The notes beneath the pieces are model-generated. The model ran no database searches. It was not told the origin of the DNA and saw only the letters and a list, made by a program, of their open reading frames with translations. A program made the position numbers and the translations under genes. 64,000 bases of DNA from a virus: the IMG/VR virus record IMGVR_UViG_3300020183_000001, positions 1 through 64,000 of that record; one strand, given 5' to 3'. Below, piece after piece: positions 44,390-53,794 of this stretch (positions are counted from its first letter, which is position 1; each line of letters starts with the position of its first letter).

Positions 44390-45271
44390 ATGGGAGGAGG
44401 TCCTACCATTAAATATACTCCGCCACCGCCGGACGATAGTTTTGCAAAGTATTTGCAATACACAAAAGAAAAAGAATCTTTAGCAGAAGAACGTGCTGCA
44501 ACAGAACGTGCAGAAGCTAAAGCTGCAGAACAAGCACGTAAGGCTTCTGGCGCCGCTGCTTACGGTGGGCTTAAACAAACCACTCAACAACAACTTGCTC
44601 AAGGTTTAATTGGTTACGAAAGTGCCGCTAACCAATTACGTGACTATGCAGCTAAATATGATTTAACTCCTCCTGAAGCAGATATTCAAGAGCTGACCCA
44701 ACAGTACACAGCAGCTTTACCTGGTAAACGTGAGACCGGTATTAAAGCATCTTATGAAGAACTTCTTGGTCGTCAAGCAACTACTGAAGAACTTGCCAAA
44801 GCTCAAGAGCGTTTTGGACAGGGTTATTATGGTTCGATGGAAGACTTTAAGTCTTCTCTTACCAAAAGTTCTGAGTATCAAGATAAATTCAATCAAAGCT
44901 ATCTTGATAATTATTACGACACCATGTACGGTAAGCAAACGCTTACCGCAGAGGGAAAGAAAACAGGTCAACGCACCTTCAAATTTGATTCCTCTCTTCT
45001 TCCCCAGTATGGCGGAGATCTTCAGGCGCGTACCAAGGTCACGACACCTGACTTTGGGAAAGAGTTTGTAGGCACTCCGGCAGAGCTGGAAGCGCAACAA
45101 CAAAACATTCGTGATACTAGACAGTATCTGTACAGTGCAGGTCTTACCAACCTCCAAGGTGAGATTGATAAAGAGACACAGAAGCTTAAGAATGAAGGTA
45201 CAGAAAAAGTTGCAAAGATTGCTTCTGCCGGTAGCCTGTATTCAAATCTTGTTTCTGGGTTCTGGTCTTAA
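44390..45271 (+). CDS. probable virion protein
   Basis: AGGAG SD; MGGGPT..PPPP N-terminus; helical. Confidence 0.75.
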   Translation: MGGGPTIKYTPPPPDDSFAKYLQYTKEKESLAEERAATERAEAKAAEQARKASGAAAYGGLKQTTQQQLAQGLIGYESAANQLRDYAAKYDLTPPEADIQELTQQYTAALPGKRETGIKASYEELLGRQATTEELAKAQERFGQGYYGSMEDFKSSLTKSSEYQDKFNQSYLDNYYDTMYGKQTLTAEGKKTGQRTFKFDSSLLPQYGGDLQARTKVTTPDFGKEFVGTPAELEAQQQNIRDTRQYLYSAGLTNLQGEIDKETQKLKNEGTEKVAKIASAGSLYSNLVSGFWS

Positions 45272-45314
45272 ATTCATATTGTTATAATTAATCAAGAGTC
45301 AATACTTATACAAG

Positions 45315-45494
45315 ATGACCAGCTCTGTTCCTGCAGGACAAGGTACTGCCGACGATTACTTTGATATCAATAAGTTCGAGCAACTGCTTGCTCGTCTTGA
45401 AGCTTCCAAAGGTCGTCAACAACGTCAGAAATCTCTTGAAGGCCGTCGCGATATCTTTTCGCAAGGTCTTGCCAGCATGATGTCTAACTTCTGA
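45315..45494 (+). CDS. small protein, paralog A (59 aa)
   Basis: MTSSVPAGQGTADDYFDINKFEQLLARLEASKGRQQR. Confidence 0.7.
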   Translation: MTSSVPAGQGTADDYFDINKFEQLLARLEASKGRQQRQKSLEGRRDIFSQGLASMMSNF

Positions 45495-45646
45495 TGCAAG
45501 AAGAAATTCAAGAAGGTCAAATGCCTGAACAAGGATTTGATCTTGACAGTTACCGAAACCTTCTTGAGCGTTTGCAAGCAAACAAACGTGATCAACAACG
45601 GTTGGCTAAAAAACTTCCTGATTCTTCGCAACAACAAACTGTATAA
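45494..45646 (+). CDS. small protein, paralog B (50 aa)
   Basis: GFDLDSYRNLLERLQANKRDQQR; TGATG coupling. Confidence 0.65.
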   Translation: MQEEIQEGQMPEQGFDLDSYRNLLERLQANKRDQQRLAKKLPDSSQQQTV

Positions 45647-45655
45647 TTCGTTATC

Positions 45656-45904
45656 ATGACTAGCAGTGTTCCCGCTGGACAAACTGATGTTGATGATTGG
45701 TTTGATCTAGATAAATATCGTCAGGCGGCTGGCGTTGCCTACGAATTTTCCAAAAAGAAAATGGAGACTGCTGGTGAACAAGAGCGAGAAACTATCGGTA
45801 AGGGTGCAGAAGAGCAGAGAACTTCCTCTGAGCAATCCCAGCGATTTAAACAAGAAGACGAAGCCCGAGACTACGGTCAGTCTCAACGAGCATATCGATA
45901 TTAA
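45656..45904 (+). CDS. small protein, paralog C
   Basis: MTSSVPAGQTDVDDWFDLDKYRQ. Confidence 0.7.
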   Translation: MTSSVPAGQTDVDDWFDLDKYRQAAGVAYEFSKKKMETAGEQERETIGKGAEEQRTSSEQSQRFKQEDEARDYGQSQRAYRY

Positions 45905-46391
45905 AGTTTTTGACCACTGGTTAGACAACTTAGATTCTCCCACCAGGGAAAGTTTTGTTGCGTTTGCTGAAAGTAATAATTCAGTAATTGAAATTTATCT
46001 TTATTCTCGGTTCCTTGGTTACAACGGTTCAATTACTTGTTGTAATCTTTGGATTAACGAACACTACTCAAAGCCTGATCACAGGAGTGTACTTCTTGCT
46101 GAGATCATGGAGATGCAAGAAGACATCCGTAAACTCAGGGAAGATATTGAAAACTTTGCTGTTAAACGTGATTCAGGAGTTGCACGTATTGCTGGTATGC
46201 AAAAAGAATTGCGCGGTACTATTGCACAGGTAGAAAACTATACAGCTAATAAAGATCGTAAAGGTTTGTTGATGGCTGGTGCTGACCAGGCCATTCGTGA
46301 GTTATTGATGATTTTTAAAGACGATCCAATTGAAGGTCCCCTGCAAGAAGCATCAATGTCAGTGTGGGCTAAAATGCAATTAAGTGAATAG
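45735..46391 (+). CDS. helical protein, possible terminase small subunit (start unresolved)
   Basis: Coding-like from about 45860; coiled coil; lies upstream of terL. Confidence 0.55.
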   Translation: MPTNFPKRKWRLLVNKSEKLSVRVQKSRELPLSNPSDLNKKTKPETTVSLNEHIDIKVFDHWLDNLDSPTRESFVAFAESNNSVIEIYLYSRFLGYNGSITCCNLWINEHYSKPDHRSVLLAEIMEMQEDIRKLREDIENFAVKRDSGVARIAGMQKELRGTIAQVENYTANKDRKGLLMAGADQAIRELLMIFKDDPIEGPLQEASMSVWAKMQLSE

Positions 46392-46396
46392 TAGTA

Positions 46397-46555
46397 ATGC
46401 AACAACTACCAAACTATCAACATCCCCTTCCTGAGTCGCAACTGCGGACTGGTATTGTCTTTGGACCAGGGAGAACTACTCGTCTACCTGAGAAAGGTAC
46501 ACGCGAGTATCAAGAGCTTATTAATCGTATCCGTGGTACTGCAGCACAGAACTAA
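46397..46555 (+). CDS. hypothetical protein (52 aa)
   Basis: TAATG coupling. Confidence 0.55.
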   Translation: MQQLPNYQHPLPESQLRTGIVFGPGRTTRLPEKGTREYQELINRIRGTAAQN

Positions 46556-46710
46556 TGAGTAAGATGCCACCAGAGCTTCTTGAGCACTTTAAGAAGAAAG
46601 AAGCCAAGAAAGAAGACGGTACTGAGATGAACGATAAGGAAAAACGTAAAGCGGCTCTTGATAAAGCACGTAAGTATCAAGAACAAAAACGCAGTAAAAA
46701 AGAAGAATAG
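46555..46710 (+). CDS. small basic protein (51 aa)
   Basis: MSKMPPELLEHFKKK... Confidence 0.65.
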   Translation: MSKMPPELLEHFKKKEAKKEDGTEMNDKEKRKAALDKARKYQEQKRSKKEE

Positions 46711-46741
46711 GTTAGTATCAGATTACTAACTGGTCTTTTCT

Positions 46742-48268
46742 GTGCCTGCGTATCTTCATCAAGCTTATCGACGTAACGCCCAGGCTGCTGCTAAGAATCA
46801 CAGGGTACGTAAAAAAAATAATGAAGATCTTCTGGAGCTGGCACGAGAAGACTTTGGTTATTTCTGTGAGTATGTAGCAGATAAACCACCTGCCCAACAT
46901 CACCAAGAGTGGCACCGTCAATTGGTTACCAACCAAGACAGCTCTTGTTTACTGAAGATTGCCGGTCCAAATATTGATCTATTAGCACCACGCGGAAGTG
47001 CCAAATCGACTGTTGCAGGTTTGTTTGCTGCCTGGGCTATTGGTATTCATACAGCAGCTAAACGTCCACTGCAGATTCTTTATCTTTCCTACACGGTTGA
47101 TATTGCTCGTTCCAAGTCAGCAACAATCAAAAGACTTATTGAAAGCAAAAGATATCAAGATGTTTTTCCGACAGTAAAACTTTTAAAGAATGTCACCAGT
47201 AATGAGTACTGGTCAATTGATCATCGTTTTGCTGGTATTGATATTGCTGGTGAAGAACAGTTTACACTCTGCGCTGCTGGCCTAAAAGGTTCAGTTACTT
47301 CTAAGCGTAGCCAATTGGTAATCATCGATGACGCAATCAAAAGCTCATCAGATATTGCCAACCCTGATATCAGGAAGATGATGCAGGATAACTGGAATGC
47401 TGTGATTGCACCCACCATGTTTGAAGGGGGAAGGGCAATCTGTCTTGGTACCAGATTCAGACATGATGACATCCATGCAACTACTTTTAATGAACAAAAT
47501 AATTGGATGCAGATTGTTCTTTCTGCAATCCAAAACAATGAGATAACTGGAGAAGAAGAATCTTATTGGCCCGAGATGTGGTCATTGGATTACTTAAAGG
47601 AAAAGAAACGGCAAGCACCAATTGCTTTTTCTTTCCAGTACATGAATCAAATTGTCAGGCAAAACGAGTTGTCATTGGCGCCTGAACTATTGGTCAAAGC
47701 AGAGATTGCTACTGAGTTTGATTCACTGGCTGTTGGGGTTGACCTCTCCGCTGGTACAAAAGAAAAAAATGATTACACCGTTTTTGTGCTCGGTGGAAAA
47801 TTAGGTGATCAGATTCACATTATTGATTACCGGCGTATGCGAGTGATGGGTAATCTAGAAAAACTAGATGCTCTTAAAGAATTGCTTAATGATTGGTCCA
47901 TTCTTGGGCGCGACGAGAACGGCAATTACTTCCCCACGTACAACACTTGTGATGTCTACTCAGAAGCTGTAGCGTACCAAGCATCTCTTGAAGCTGACTT
48001 CAAACGAATTTGTTTGAGAAACGAGAATCTTTACAACATTAACTGGCATGCCGTTAAAGGTTTTAGGGCAGATAAACTTGCTCGCTTCCGTGGTTGCATG
48101 GGTCTTTTTGAAGATCGAAAAGTTATCTTCAATCGGTATCGAAACTTTACTTCAATGTTTGAAGAGCTTACTAACTTTGGCGTGAGTAGTCACGACGATT
48201 GTGTTGATGCGCTTGTTTGGTTAATCAATGGATTAACACGAAAAGGTACTCTTCAGGTTGATTATTAG
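46742..48268 (+). CDS. terL: terminase large subunit
   Basis: APRGSAKST, VIIDD, LGTRF..DD, GVDLS...NDYT, HDDCVDA. Confidence 0.93.
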   Translation: MPAYLHQAYRRNAQAAAKNHRVRKKNNEDLLELAREDFGYFCEYVADKPPAQHHQEWHRQLVTNQDSSCLLKIAGPNIDLLAPRGSAKSTVAGLFAAWAIGIHTAAKRPLQILYLSYTVDIARSKSATIKRLIESKRYQDVFPTVKLLKNVTSNEYWSIDHRFAGIDIAGEEQFTLCAAGLKGSVTSKRSQLVIIDDAIKSSSDIANPDIRKMMQDNWNAVIAPTMFEGGRAICLGTRFRHDDIHATTFNEQNNWMQIVLSAIQNNEITGEEESYWPEMWSLDYLKEKKRQAPIAFSFQYMNQIVRQNELSLAPELLVKAEIATEFDSLAVGVDLSAGTKEKNDYTVFVLGGKLGDQIHIIDYRRMRVMGNLEKLDALKELLNDWSILGRDENGNYFPTYNTCDVYSEAVAYQASLEADFKRICLRNENLYNINWHAVKGFRADKLARFRGCMGLFEDRKVIFNRYRNFTSMFEELTNFGVSSHDDCVDALVWLINGLTRKGTLQVDY

Positions 48269-48297
48269 ATCTTAGAATAAAAGAAAATCTTTTTGCC

Positions 48298-48588
48298 ATG
48301 GGACCCGAGTACCTGGCGATCCTCGTTACAACTTGTGTAGCTGGAATCTCAGGTGGTACCTGGGCCGCAAATAAGTTACTATCTAGGTCGCATGAAAGAA
48401 TCAAACAACTTTCTGATCGCGTGACAATTCAAGAAAAAAAACTTGAGCATCTTGACGAAAGTTTTAATCGGATGCCACTGGAGTACGTGTTAAAAGTTGA
48501 TTTTCTTCGCGAAATTCAGCACATGCACGACACCTTTAAGGAAATTAATAGTAAGCTGGACAGAATGATGGATCGCCTTCTCAAATGA
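48298..48588 (+). CDS. N-terminal TM plus coiled-coil protein
   Basis: Hydrophobic N-terminus; YVLKVDF...KLDRMMD. Confidence 0.7.
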   Translation: MGPEYLAILVTTCVAGISGGTWAANKLLSRSHERIKQLSDRVTIQEKKLEHLDESFNRMPLEYVLKVDFLREIQHMHDTFKEINSKLDRMMDRLLK

Positions 48589-48770
48589 CCAGCTACATCG
48601 TCGAAGTACAAGAGGATCAAGACGGAGAACTTTTTATTGAGTTTCCCGAAGAAATCATCGAAGAACTCGGTTGGCAAGAAGGAGATATTCTTTCGTGGGA
48701 TCTGAAAGGCGAAGGTATTGTCCTTTCTAAACTTAATGATGAGTCTGGTTACGAAGTTATAGAAGAGTAA
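48585..48770 (+). CDS. AbrB/MazE/SpoVT-like DNA-binding protein
   Basis: GELFIEFPEEIIEELGWQEGDILSW...IVLSK. Confidence 0.75.
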   Translation: MTSYIVEVQEDQDGELFIEFPEEIIEELGWQEGDILSWDLKGEGIVLSKLNDESGYEVIEE

Positions 48771-48796
48771 GATAGAAACAAGATAATAACAGGGAC

Positions 48797-49147
48797 ATGG
48801 CTGGTTTTTACGGCGGATACATGGGTAACGCTGGTATAGAGCAATTAATGGCTGGTAATCCCAGTTTTGATATTAACCGTACCCCTGGCGCTTTAGGTGG
48901 AAGAAGTGGGGAACAACTAAAAAGACTGTATGAAGGTGGTACGCAACAAAATCAACAACTAAATGATGAGTTGAGGCAACGGGGAATTATGCCAGGGGGA
49001 GCTAAACTTTTTCCGCTTTCTTTACAAAACAATATGCAAGGTGCCGCCATGGGTAATATGGCTGGTCTTACTAACGCTCAGTTTTATGGCGGTCCACAAA
49101 TGGGACAACAAGTCCCCCCTGGATTTCAAAATAAAATGGTCTACTAA
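48797..49147 (+). CDS. Gly/Gln/Met-rich hypothetical protein
   Basis: Low-complexity late ORF. Confidence 0.65.
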   Translation: MAGFYGGYMGNAGIEQLMAGNPSFDINRTPGALGGRSGEQLKRLYEGGTQQNQQLNDELRQRGIMPGGAKLFPLSLQNNMQGAAMGNMAGLTNAQFYGGPQMGQQVPPGFQNKMVY

Positions 49148-49194
49148 TACTTTGTAAAACTGTTAAACTAATTCCAGTGGGTTGAAAATAGTTA

Positions 49195-51549
49195 ATGTCT
49201 GCAGACGCTAAATCCAGGCTCAAAGAAATTGTTGATTCCTATCTTGAAAAAGATGGTGGGGTTGGCGTTGATACTGGTGTCGTAGCAGCACACTTGGCAC
49301 AAATGAAACTCTTTGGTATCCGCCAGGGGGTAGAATTTTTCCCAGCTCAAGACAACTTTGGTAATCAACGCAAAGATTTTATTGATCGCGTAGTTAAATA
49401 CAATCAGATTGACACAAGGCTTGATTCCATTTGGGATTACTTTTTGTGTGATGGCCAGGGGTTGTTTTACATCCGGCCTACTATCAGCAATTACCGTCTT
49501 TATTTTTTCAGGAAGCACGAGTATCGTACCTACTACAACGTAGATGGAGAGCTTGATGAAGTTGTCATTATCTACAGTTATAAAGTTAAAAATGGTTTTG
49601 GCGTTAATCAAGATATTCAGCAAACTTCAATCACGGGGATGGATGGCCTTGGTTCCCCAGGCCAAAAGAAGTATATAAAATTATCAATCAAACGTAAGAC
49701 TATTGAAGAGACTCATTCAGATGGTGAACTCTCTTTTGACCAACCTGTGTCTGTGGTACCAGGCAAAACACAAACTTATCGCAACACTCTTGGATTTATT
49801 CCTTGTGTAGAGATCTTCAACAACCCCAAAGGTTTCTCTACTGAAGGTGTTGGTGAGTTTGATTCACTTGCAAATCATATTGTTACGCATGACGAGATGA
49901 TTCGTACGATGCGGAAGAACGTTCAATTCTTTGGTAATCCAACTCTTCTTTCGTCTCGTCCCAAGACTGATCTGATTGAGTCAGGTGGAGAAGGCGTGGT
50001 ACAGCGCCCATCAATCGCTGCCAACTCTGGGTTTGCAAGCCCGTCTTCTCTTAGTCGTTCCATGTTTAAGGCTGATCCAATCAGCCGTGGAATGGATGGT
50101 CAAATTCGTGTTCCAAGGATTATTGCCAACCTGGAACCAAACGATCGTGTTGGTTACATTGTCCCAGATGCTATTACTGGAGATCAAAACGCGTTTGCTC
50201 GCCAATATCGAGAAGAGATTCGTACGGCACTTGGCGGTGTTGACGAGTTGTCAATTTCTGCAGGTGTGACTGCAACTGAGTACAAGTCACTGTTTGGTCG
50301 TGTCTCTGCCACATCCAAGAAAAAAGCAAATTCTATTTACACATATGGCATCTGCCGTTGCCTGGAACTCATTATTTTCCAAGAAGAACGTTTGTTCCGC
50401 GAAACGCTTGCTGCTGCTGCAGGATTAGAGAAGCCTGTGGAGCCTGACGAAGGTGCAGATGAAAGTATTGTGCAGATGTATAAAGATGCCTTAGTTGGGT
50501 TTGAAGATCGCATCAAGCAATTGATGATGGCTTGTGTGCGCACACAACAAATTCCTCCTGGTGTCCTTGGTTTAATTCCAGATGGCGATCTAACTATTCA
50601 GTGGCGCTGGCTCGGACCAGTGTACGAAGATTCAACGCAAGACATTCTTAACAACTCGATTGTTGTTAGAAACTTACAAGAATTAGGTGTTGATAGCATT
50701 GAAGCACTGAAATACCTCTTCCCGTCAAAAACGGATGAGGAACGGGCCGAGATGTTATCTGGGTTCCCGTTCAGGATGGTGGGTGAACTACAGAATGCAT
50801 ATTCTTCGTTCGCACGCCTGGTGGGGGGCATGATGCAGACTCCTCATCCGCAATCACCGGACTTACCGATGGCTGCAGATCCAAGACTGGATTTAACCCC
50901 ATATCTGTATCGAACTCTTGAAGCATTACAAAAGGAGATGAGTTATGCAGGACGCTACCGTCCAGTCGATCCCACAGACGAGCCAAGTACCGGCGGCAGT
51001 GGCACCAAGCAGCTACGTGGCACCGGCTCCGTCCAGCCAACCGGTCAATTACCAGGTGGCACCTCAGGCGTATCAGGTGGGTACCAGTTACCCCCAAGCG
51101 GTACCTCAGGCAGCCCCCAGCTACCAATCAGCCCCTATTCAGTACGCCCCCCAATCCCAACCGGAAGCGCCCCAGGGCAATCCATGGGAATCGGCGTTCA
51201 ACAAGGTGGTGAACCTGCTGAGCGCACCAGTCCAATCCCCGTTCCAGGGTCAACCCTCAGCGCCGAGTCCGCAGTACGCCCCGGCGAACTTCGGTCAAGT
51301 CAGCAGCCCAGCTACGCAACAATCGGCTCCGCAGACCTGGTCGCCCAGCCCGGCATACTCGCCCAACTATTCCCAAACCTCCTCGACAGTCTCTTTAGAG
51401 CAGGTGGCCGACCTGGTGGGAATGAGCCAGGAAAGCCGTCAGGTGATGGACGCGTTCGGAATCGAAACACCGGCAATTCTGAACAACTACGCCCTGAATC
51501 TGGAAGGAATGCTGGACAGCGCCGTCGCGTGGGGAAACCGCGCCGCTGA
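49195..51549 (+). CDS. probable portal protein with an overprinted low-complexity C-tail
   Basis: Lies between terL and capsid; NTLGFIPCVEIFN; QWRWLGPVY. Confidence 0.75.
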   Translation: MSADAKSRLKEIVDSYLEKDGGVGVDTGVVAAHLAQMKLFGIRQGVEFFPAQDNFGNQRKDFIDRVVKYNQIDTRLDSIWDYFLCDGQGLFYIRPTISNYRLYFFRKHEYRTYYNVDGELDEVVIIYSYKVKNGFGVNQDIQQTSITGMDGLGSPGQKKYIKLSIKRKTIEETHSDGELSFDQPVSVVPGKTQTYRNTLGFIPCVEIFNNPKGFSTEGVGEFDSLANHIVTHDEMIRTMRKNVQFFGNPTLLSSRPKTDLIESGGEGVVQRPSIAANSGFASPSSLSRSMFKADPISRGMDGQIRVPRIIANLEPNDRVGYIVPDAITGDQNAFARQYREEIRTALGGVDELSISAGVTATEYKSLFGRVSATSKKKANSIYTYGICRCLELIIFQEERLFRETLAAAAGLEKPVEPDEGADESIVQMYKDALVGFEDRIKQLMMACVRTQQIPPGVLGLIPDGDLTIQWRWLGPVYEDSTQDILNNSIVVRNLQELGVDSIEALKYLFPSKTDEERAEMLSGFPFRMVGELQNAYSSFARLVGGMMQTPHPQSPDLPMAADPRLDLTPYLYRTLEALQKEMSYAGRYRPVDPTDEPSTGGSGTKQLRGTGSVQPTGQLPGGTSGVSGGYQLPPSGTSGSPQLPISPYSVRPPIPTGSAPGQSMGIGVQQGGEPAERTSPIPVPGSTLSAESAVRPGELRSSQQPSYATIGSADLVAQPGILAQLFPNLLDSLFRAGGRPGGNEPGKPSGDGRVRNRNTGNSEQLRPESGRNAGQRRRVGKPRR

Positions 51550-51910
51550 TACCATCAAGGGTTACGCTGAGTTTGCCGTTAATGAGCACCAGGAAAACCT
51601 GGCTTACAACGAGATCCTGACCAATCCCGATGTCCTGAGCGATTACACGCTGAAGTTCTTCGGTCCTGAAGGTCCGTATCCTGTGTATGAAAATGAACAA
51701 CAGCTTGAGACTCCTGGGTATCGCACTGAGCCTGTGAATCCTCAGTATGGTCAGTTCCCCGCTCCTCCTGCTGCAGCCGCTCCTCAGCAACCTGAGAACT
51801 TCTGGGGTTCGTTTAATGAGATGATGGCTCGTGACCCACAGAATGCCTGGCGCGTCATTAACCAAGCTCAACCTCAAGTCCTGGCAAACAAACTGTTTGT
51901 GATGGAGTGA
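50945..51910 (+). CDS. Pro/Gln-rich probable scaffolding protein
   Basis: AAGGAG upstream; P/Q/A-rich linkers with folded blocks; precedes capsid. Confidence 0.7.
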   Translation: MQDATVQSIPQTSQVPAAVAPSSYVAPAPSSQPVNYQVAPQAYQVGTSYPQAVPQAAPSYQSAPIQYAPQSQPEAPQGNPWESAFNKVVNLLSAPVQSPFQGQPSAPSPQYAPANFGQVSSPATQQSAPQTWSPSPAYSPNYSQTSSTVSLEQVADLVGMSQESRQVMDAFGIETPAILNNYALNLEGMLDSAVAWGNRAADTIKGYAEFAVNEHQENLAYNEILTNPDVLSDYTLKFFGPEGPYPVYENEQQLETPGYRTEPVNPQYGQFPAPPAAAAPQQPENFWGSFNEMMARDPQNAWRVINQAQPQVLANKLFVME

Positions 51911-51914
51911 GGCC

Positions 51915-52499
51915 ATGCGTCCACTTCTTAAACTGGGTATTCCTGCTGCCGCTGGTTTAGCTACCGGCGGCTATGCCCTCTCCCAAGGTGAAGATCCAGG
52001 TTCTGCTGCACTTGCCGGTATTGCTGGAGGCCTGGGTGGGGCAGCAGGTTTGCTTGGTGCTCGCGGTCTTGCAGGTAAGTACAACCCGGCTTTAATTTCA
52101 GCAGCTCAAAAGCAAGTATCCAATCTTGGTAACAAGGTGGGTGATGTTGCACGTAATCTTCCTGAAAAGGGATTACGCCGCGGAACCGCTAACATTGCGG
52201 CGGATGTTGTATCCGCAGTAGATACACGGTTGTTTGGTAGCCCTTATGCTGGAATCTCTGCAGCACTACCTTTCCCCACGCAGAATGTTCAAAGAAACAT
52301 TGGGCGTGGCTTAGCTGCTGGCCTTGTTCCTGCTTCCGCAGTCGCTGCTGGCCTTGGTGGTGTAGCCCTTGGTGCCATCCCCGGCTCAATGGGAGTTCCA
52401 GGTTTCCAGCAAAATGTAATTGCTGATCCCGAACTTGCTGCTTCTAGTAATACTCCGATGGCCCGGAGTTATACTCCTACGCTTAAATATCTTGGTTGA
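51915..52499 (+). CDS. Gly/Ala-rich membrane-like protein
   Basis: GAGG SD; glycine-zipper-like segments. Confidence 0.7.
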   Translation: MRPLLKLGIPAAAGLATGGYALSQGEDPGSAALAGIAGGLGGAAGLLGARGLAGKYNPALISAAQKQVSNLGNKVGDVARNLPEKGLRRGTANIAADVVSAVDTRLFGSPYAGISAALPFPTQNVQRNIGRGLAAGLVPASAVAAGLGGVALGAIPGSMGVPGFQQNVIADPELAASSNTPMARSYTPTLKYLG

Positions 52500-52597
52500 T
52501 AAATTATCAACTGTTAAAATTTGTTTTAGATGAGACAATATCTATTGTCTGAATCTTTCACCAAATAATCGTCCTGTGTACTGGAGGATAAACTAAA

Positions 52598-53761
52598 GTG
52601 TTCCTTGATACCGACTTCCCTAAGATTCTGGGTGCTGAGCTGTATCGCCCTCACCCCGCTTATATCTGTGAGATGGCGGTAGAGCCTGTGGTTGTCCACG
52701 ACTTTACCCGTCAACCTGGTCAAACTGTTCAACTTGATCGCTACAAGTTCTGGGGTAACCCTGGCACTAAGGACAGCCGTGCTCGTGTGGCTGACCAAAC
52801 CATTGGTACCGCCAATAGCCGTAACATCACCAAGGAGAAAGTCCTGGTGGTGCTTAACGAATACACTGGCCCTGCTGATCCTGGCGATCCGACCCAGCCT
52901 TCGACCTTTAAGATTGCTCGCGAAACTCTGATTACCGCTCAGCGCCTTCTGCTGGACACTGGTAATCTCAACATGTTCCACCAGTCAATCGGTAGCCTGA
53001 CGCTGCTTGACGACTATCGCCGTTGGCGTGACCGCGTCTTCATTGACGAACTGTCCAAAGCAGAAGCTAATGGCGCTGCTTCCAGCACTCAAGGCGGTTA
53101 CTTCTTCCCTGGTGGTAAGACCAAGAATTCTTCTGGTCAAATCACCTACACTGCCGCTGAATATACTGCTGATCAACAACAGTTTTCGGTTCGTACCGAC
53201 TTGCTGAACGTTGTTAAGGATCTGCGCAAGCGTAACGTTCCGACCTTTGCTGATGGTCTGTATCGTTGTATTTGCGATCCTGTGTTCATGATGCATCTGC
53301 GTCGTGACCCCGACTTCCGTGAGATCGCCCGTTACAGCGGCAACCCTGGTCAAGGCATGTACATGGGCAATCCCATGATGCCTAACAACGCCAGCTTCTA
53401 CATGGGTCCCCAGGCTGGTCAAGGTTACTTCCTGGCTGGTGAACCCGTCATGCCGACTGGTGTTCAGTTTGAAGGTGTTAAGTTCTTCGAATCGACCAAC
53501 TTCCCCAACAAGACCATTGCTGCTTCGTTTACTGGTGGTGCTCCTTACGCCAACCAAGACGTTGCTCAAGGTTTCTTCTTCGGTCCTCAGGCCGTTGGTG
53601 TTGGTATCGGTGGTCCGAACGCTCAAGTGCTCATCAATAACAACGATGACTTTAGCCGTTTCATCATCTTGATCTGGCAACTGTACGCTGGTTTTGAAGT
53701 TCTGAACAACGACTTCATCACCACTGCCTACAGCTTCGTCTCTGATGACGGTACCGTCTGA
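52598..53761 (+). CDS. major capsid protein
   Basis: GGAGG SD; strong codon bias; PGQTVQL, LRKRNVP, FEGVKFFEST, DDFSR....W motifs. Confidence 0.85.
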   Translation: MFLDTDFPKILGAELYRPHPAYICEMAVEPVVVHDFTRQPGQTVQLDRYKFWGNPGTKDSRARVADQTIGTANSRNITKEKVLVVLNEYTGPADPGDPTQPSTFKIARETLITAQRLLLDTGNLNMFHQSIGSLTLLDDYRRWRDRVFIDELSKAEANGAASSTQGGYFFPGGKTKNSSGQITYTAAEYTADQQQFSVRTDLLNVVKDLRKRNVPTFADGLYRCICDPVFMMHLRRDPDFREIARYSGNPGQGMYMGNPMMPNNASFYMGPQAGQGYFLAGEPVMPTGVQFEGVKFFESTNFPNKTIAASFTGGAPYANQDVAQGFFFGPQAVGVGIGGPNAQVLINNNDDFSRFIILIWQLYAGFEVLNNDFITTAYSFVSDDGTV

Positions 53762-53794
53762 TCTATAACATAAACATACATAAAGGAGAAATAA

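Noticed and set aside
775-48268. Inteins or introns in primase, polymerase, thyX or terminase
   Set aside because: Motifs are contiguous, sizes are normal, and no intein termini or LAGLIDADG segments were seen.
51395-51916. 173-aa antisense ORF
   Set aside because: Lies opposite the scaffold-like gene; codon-bias shadow.
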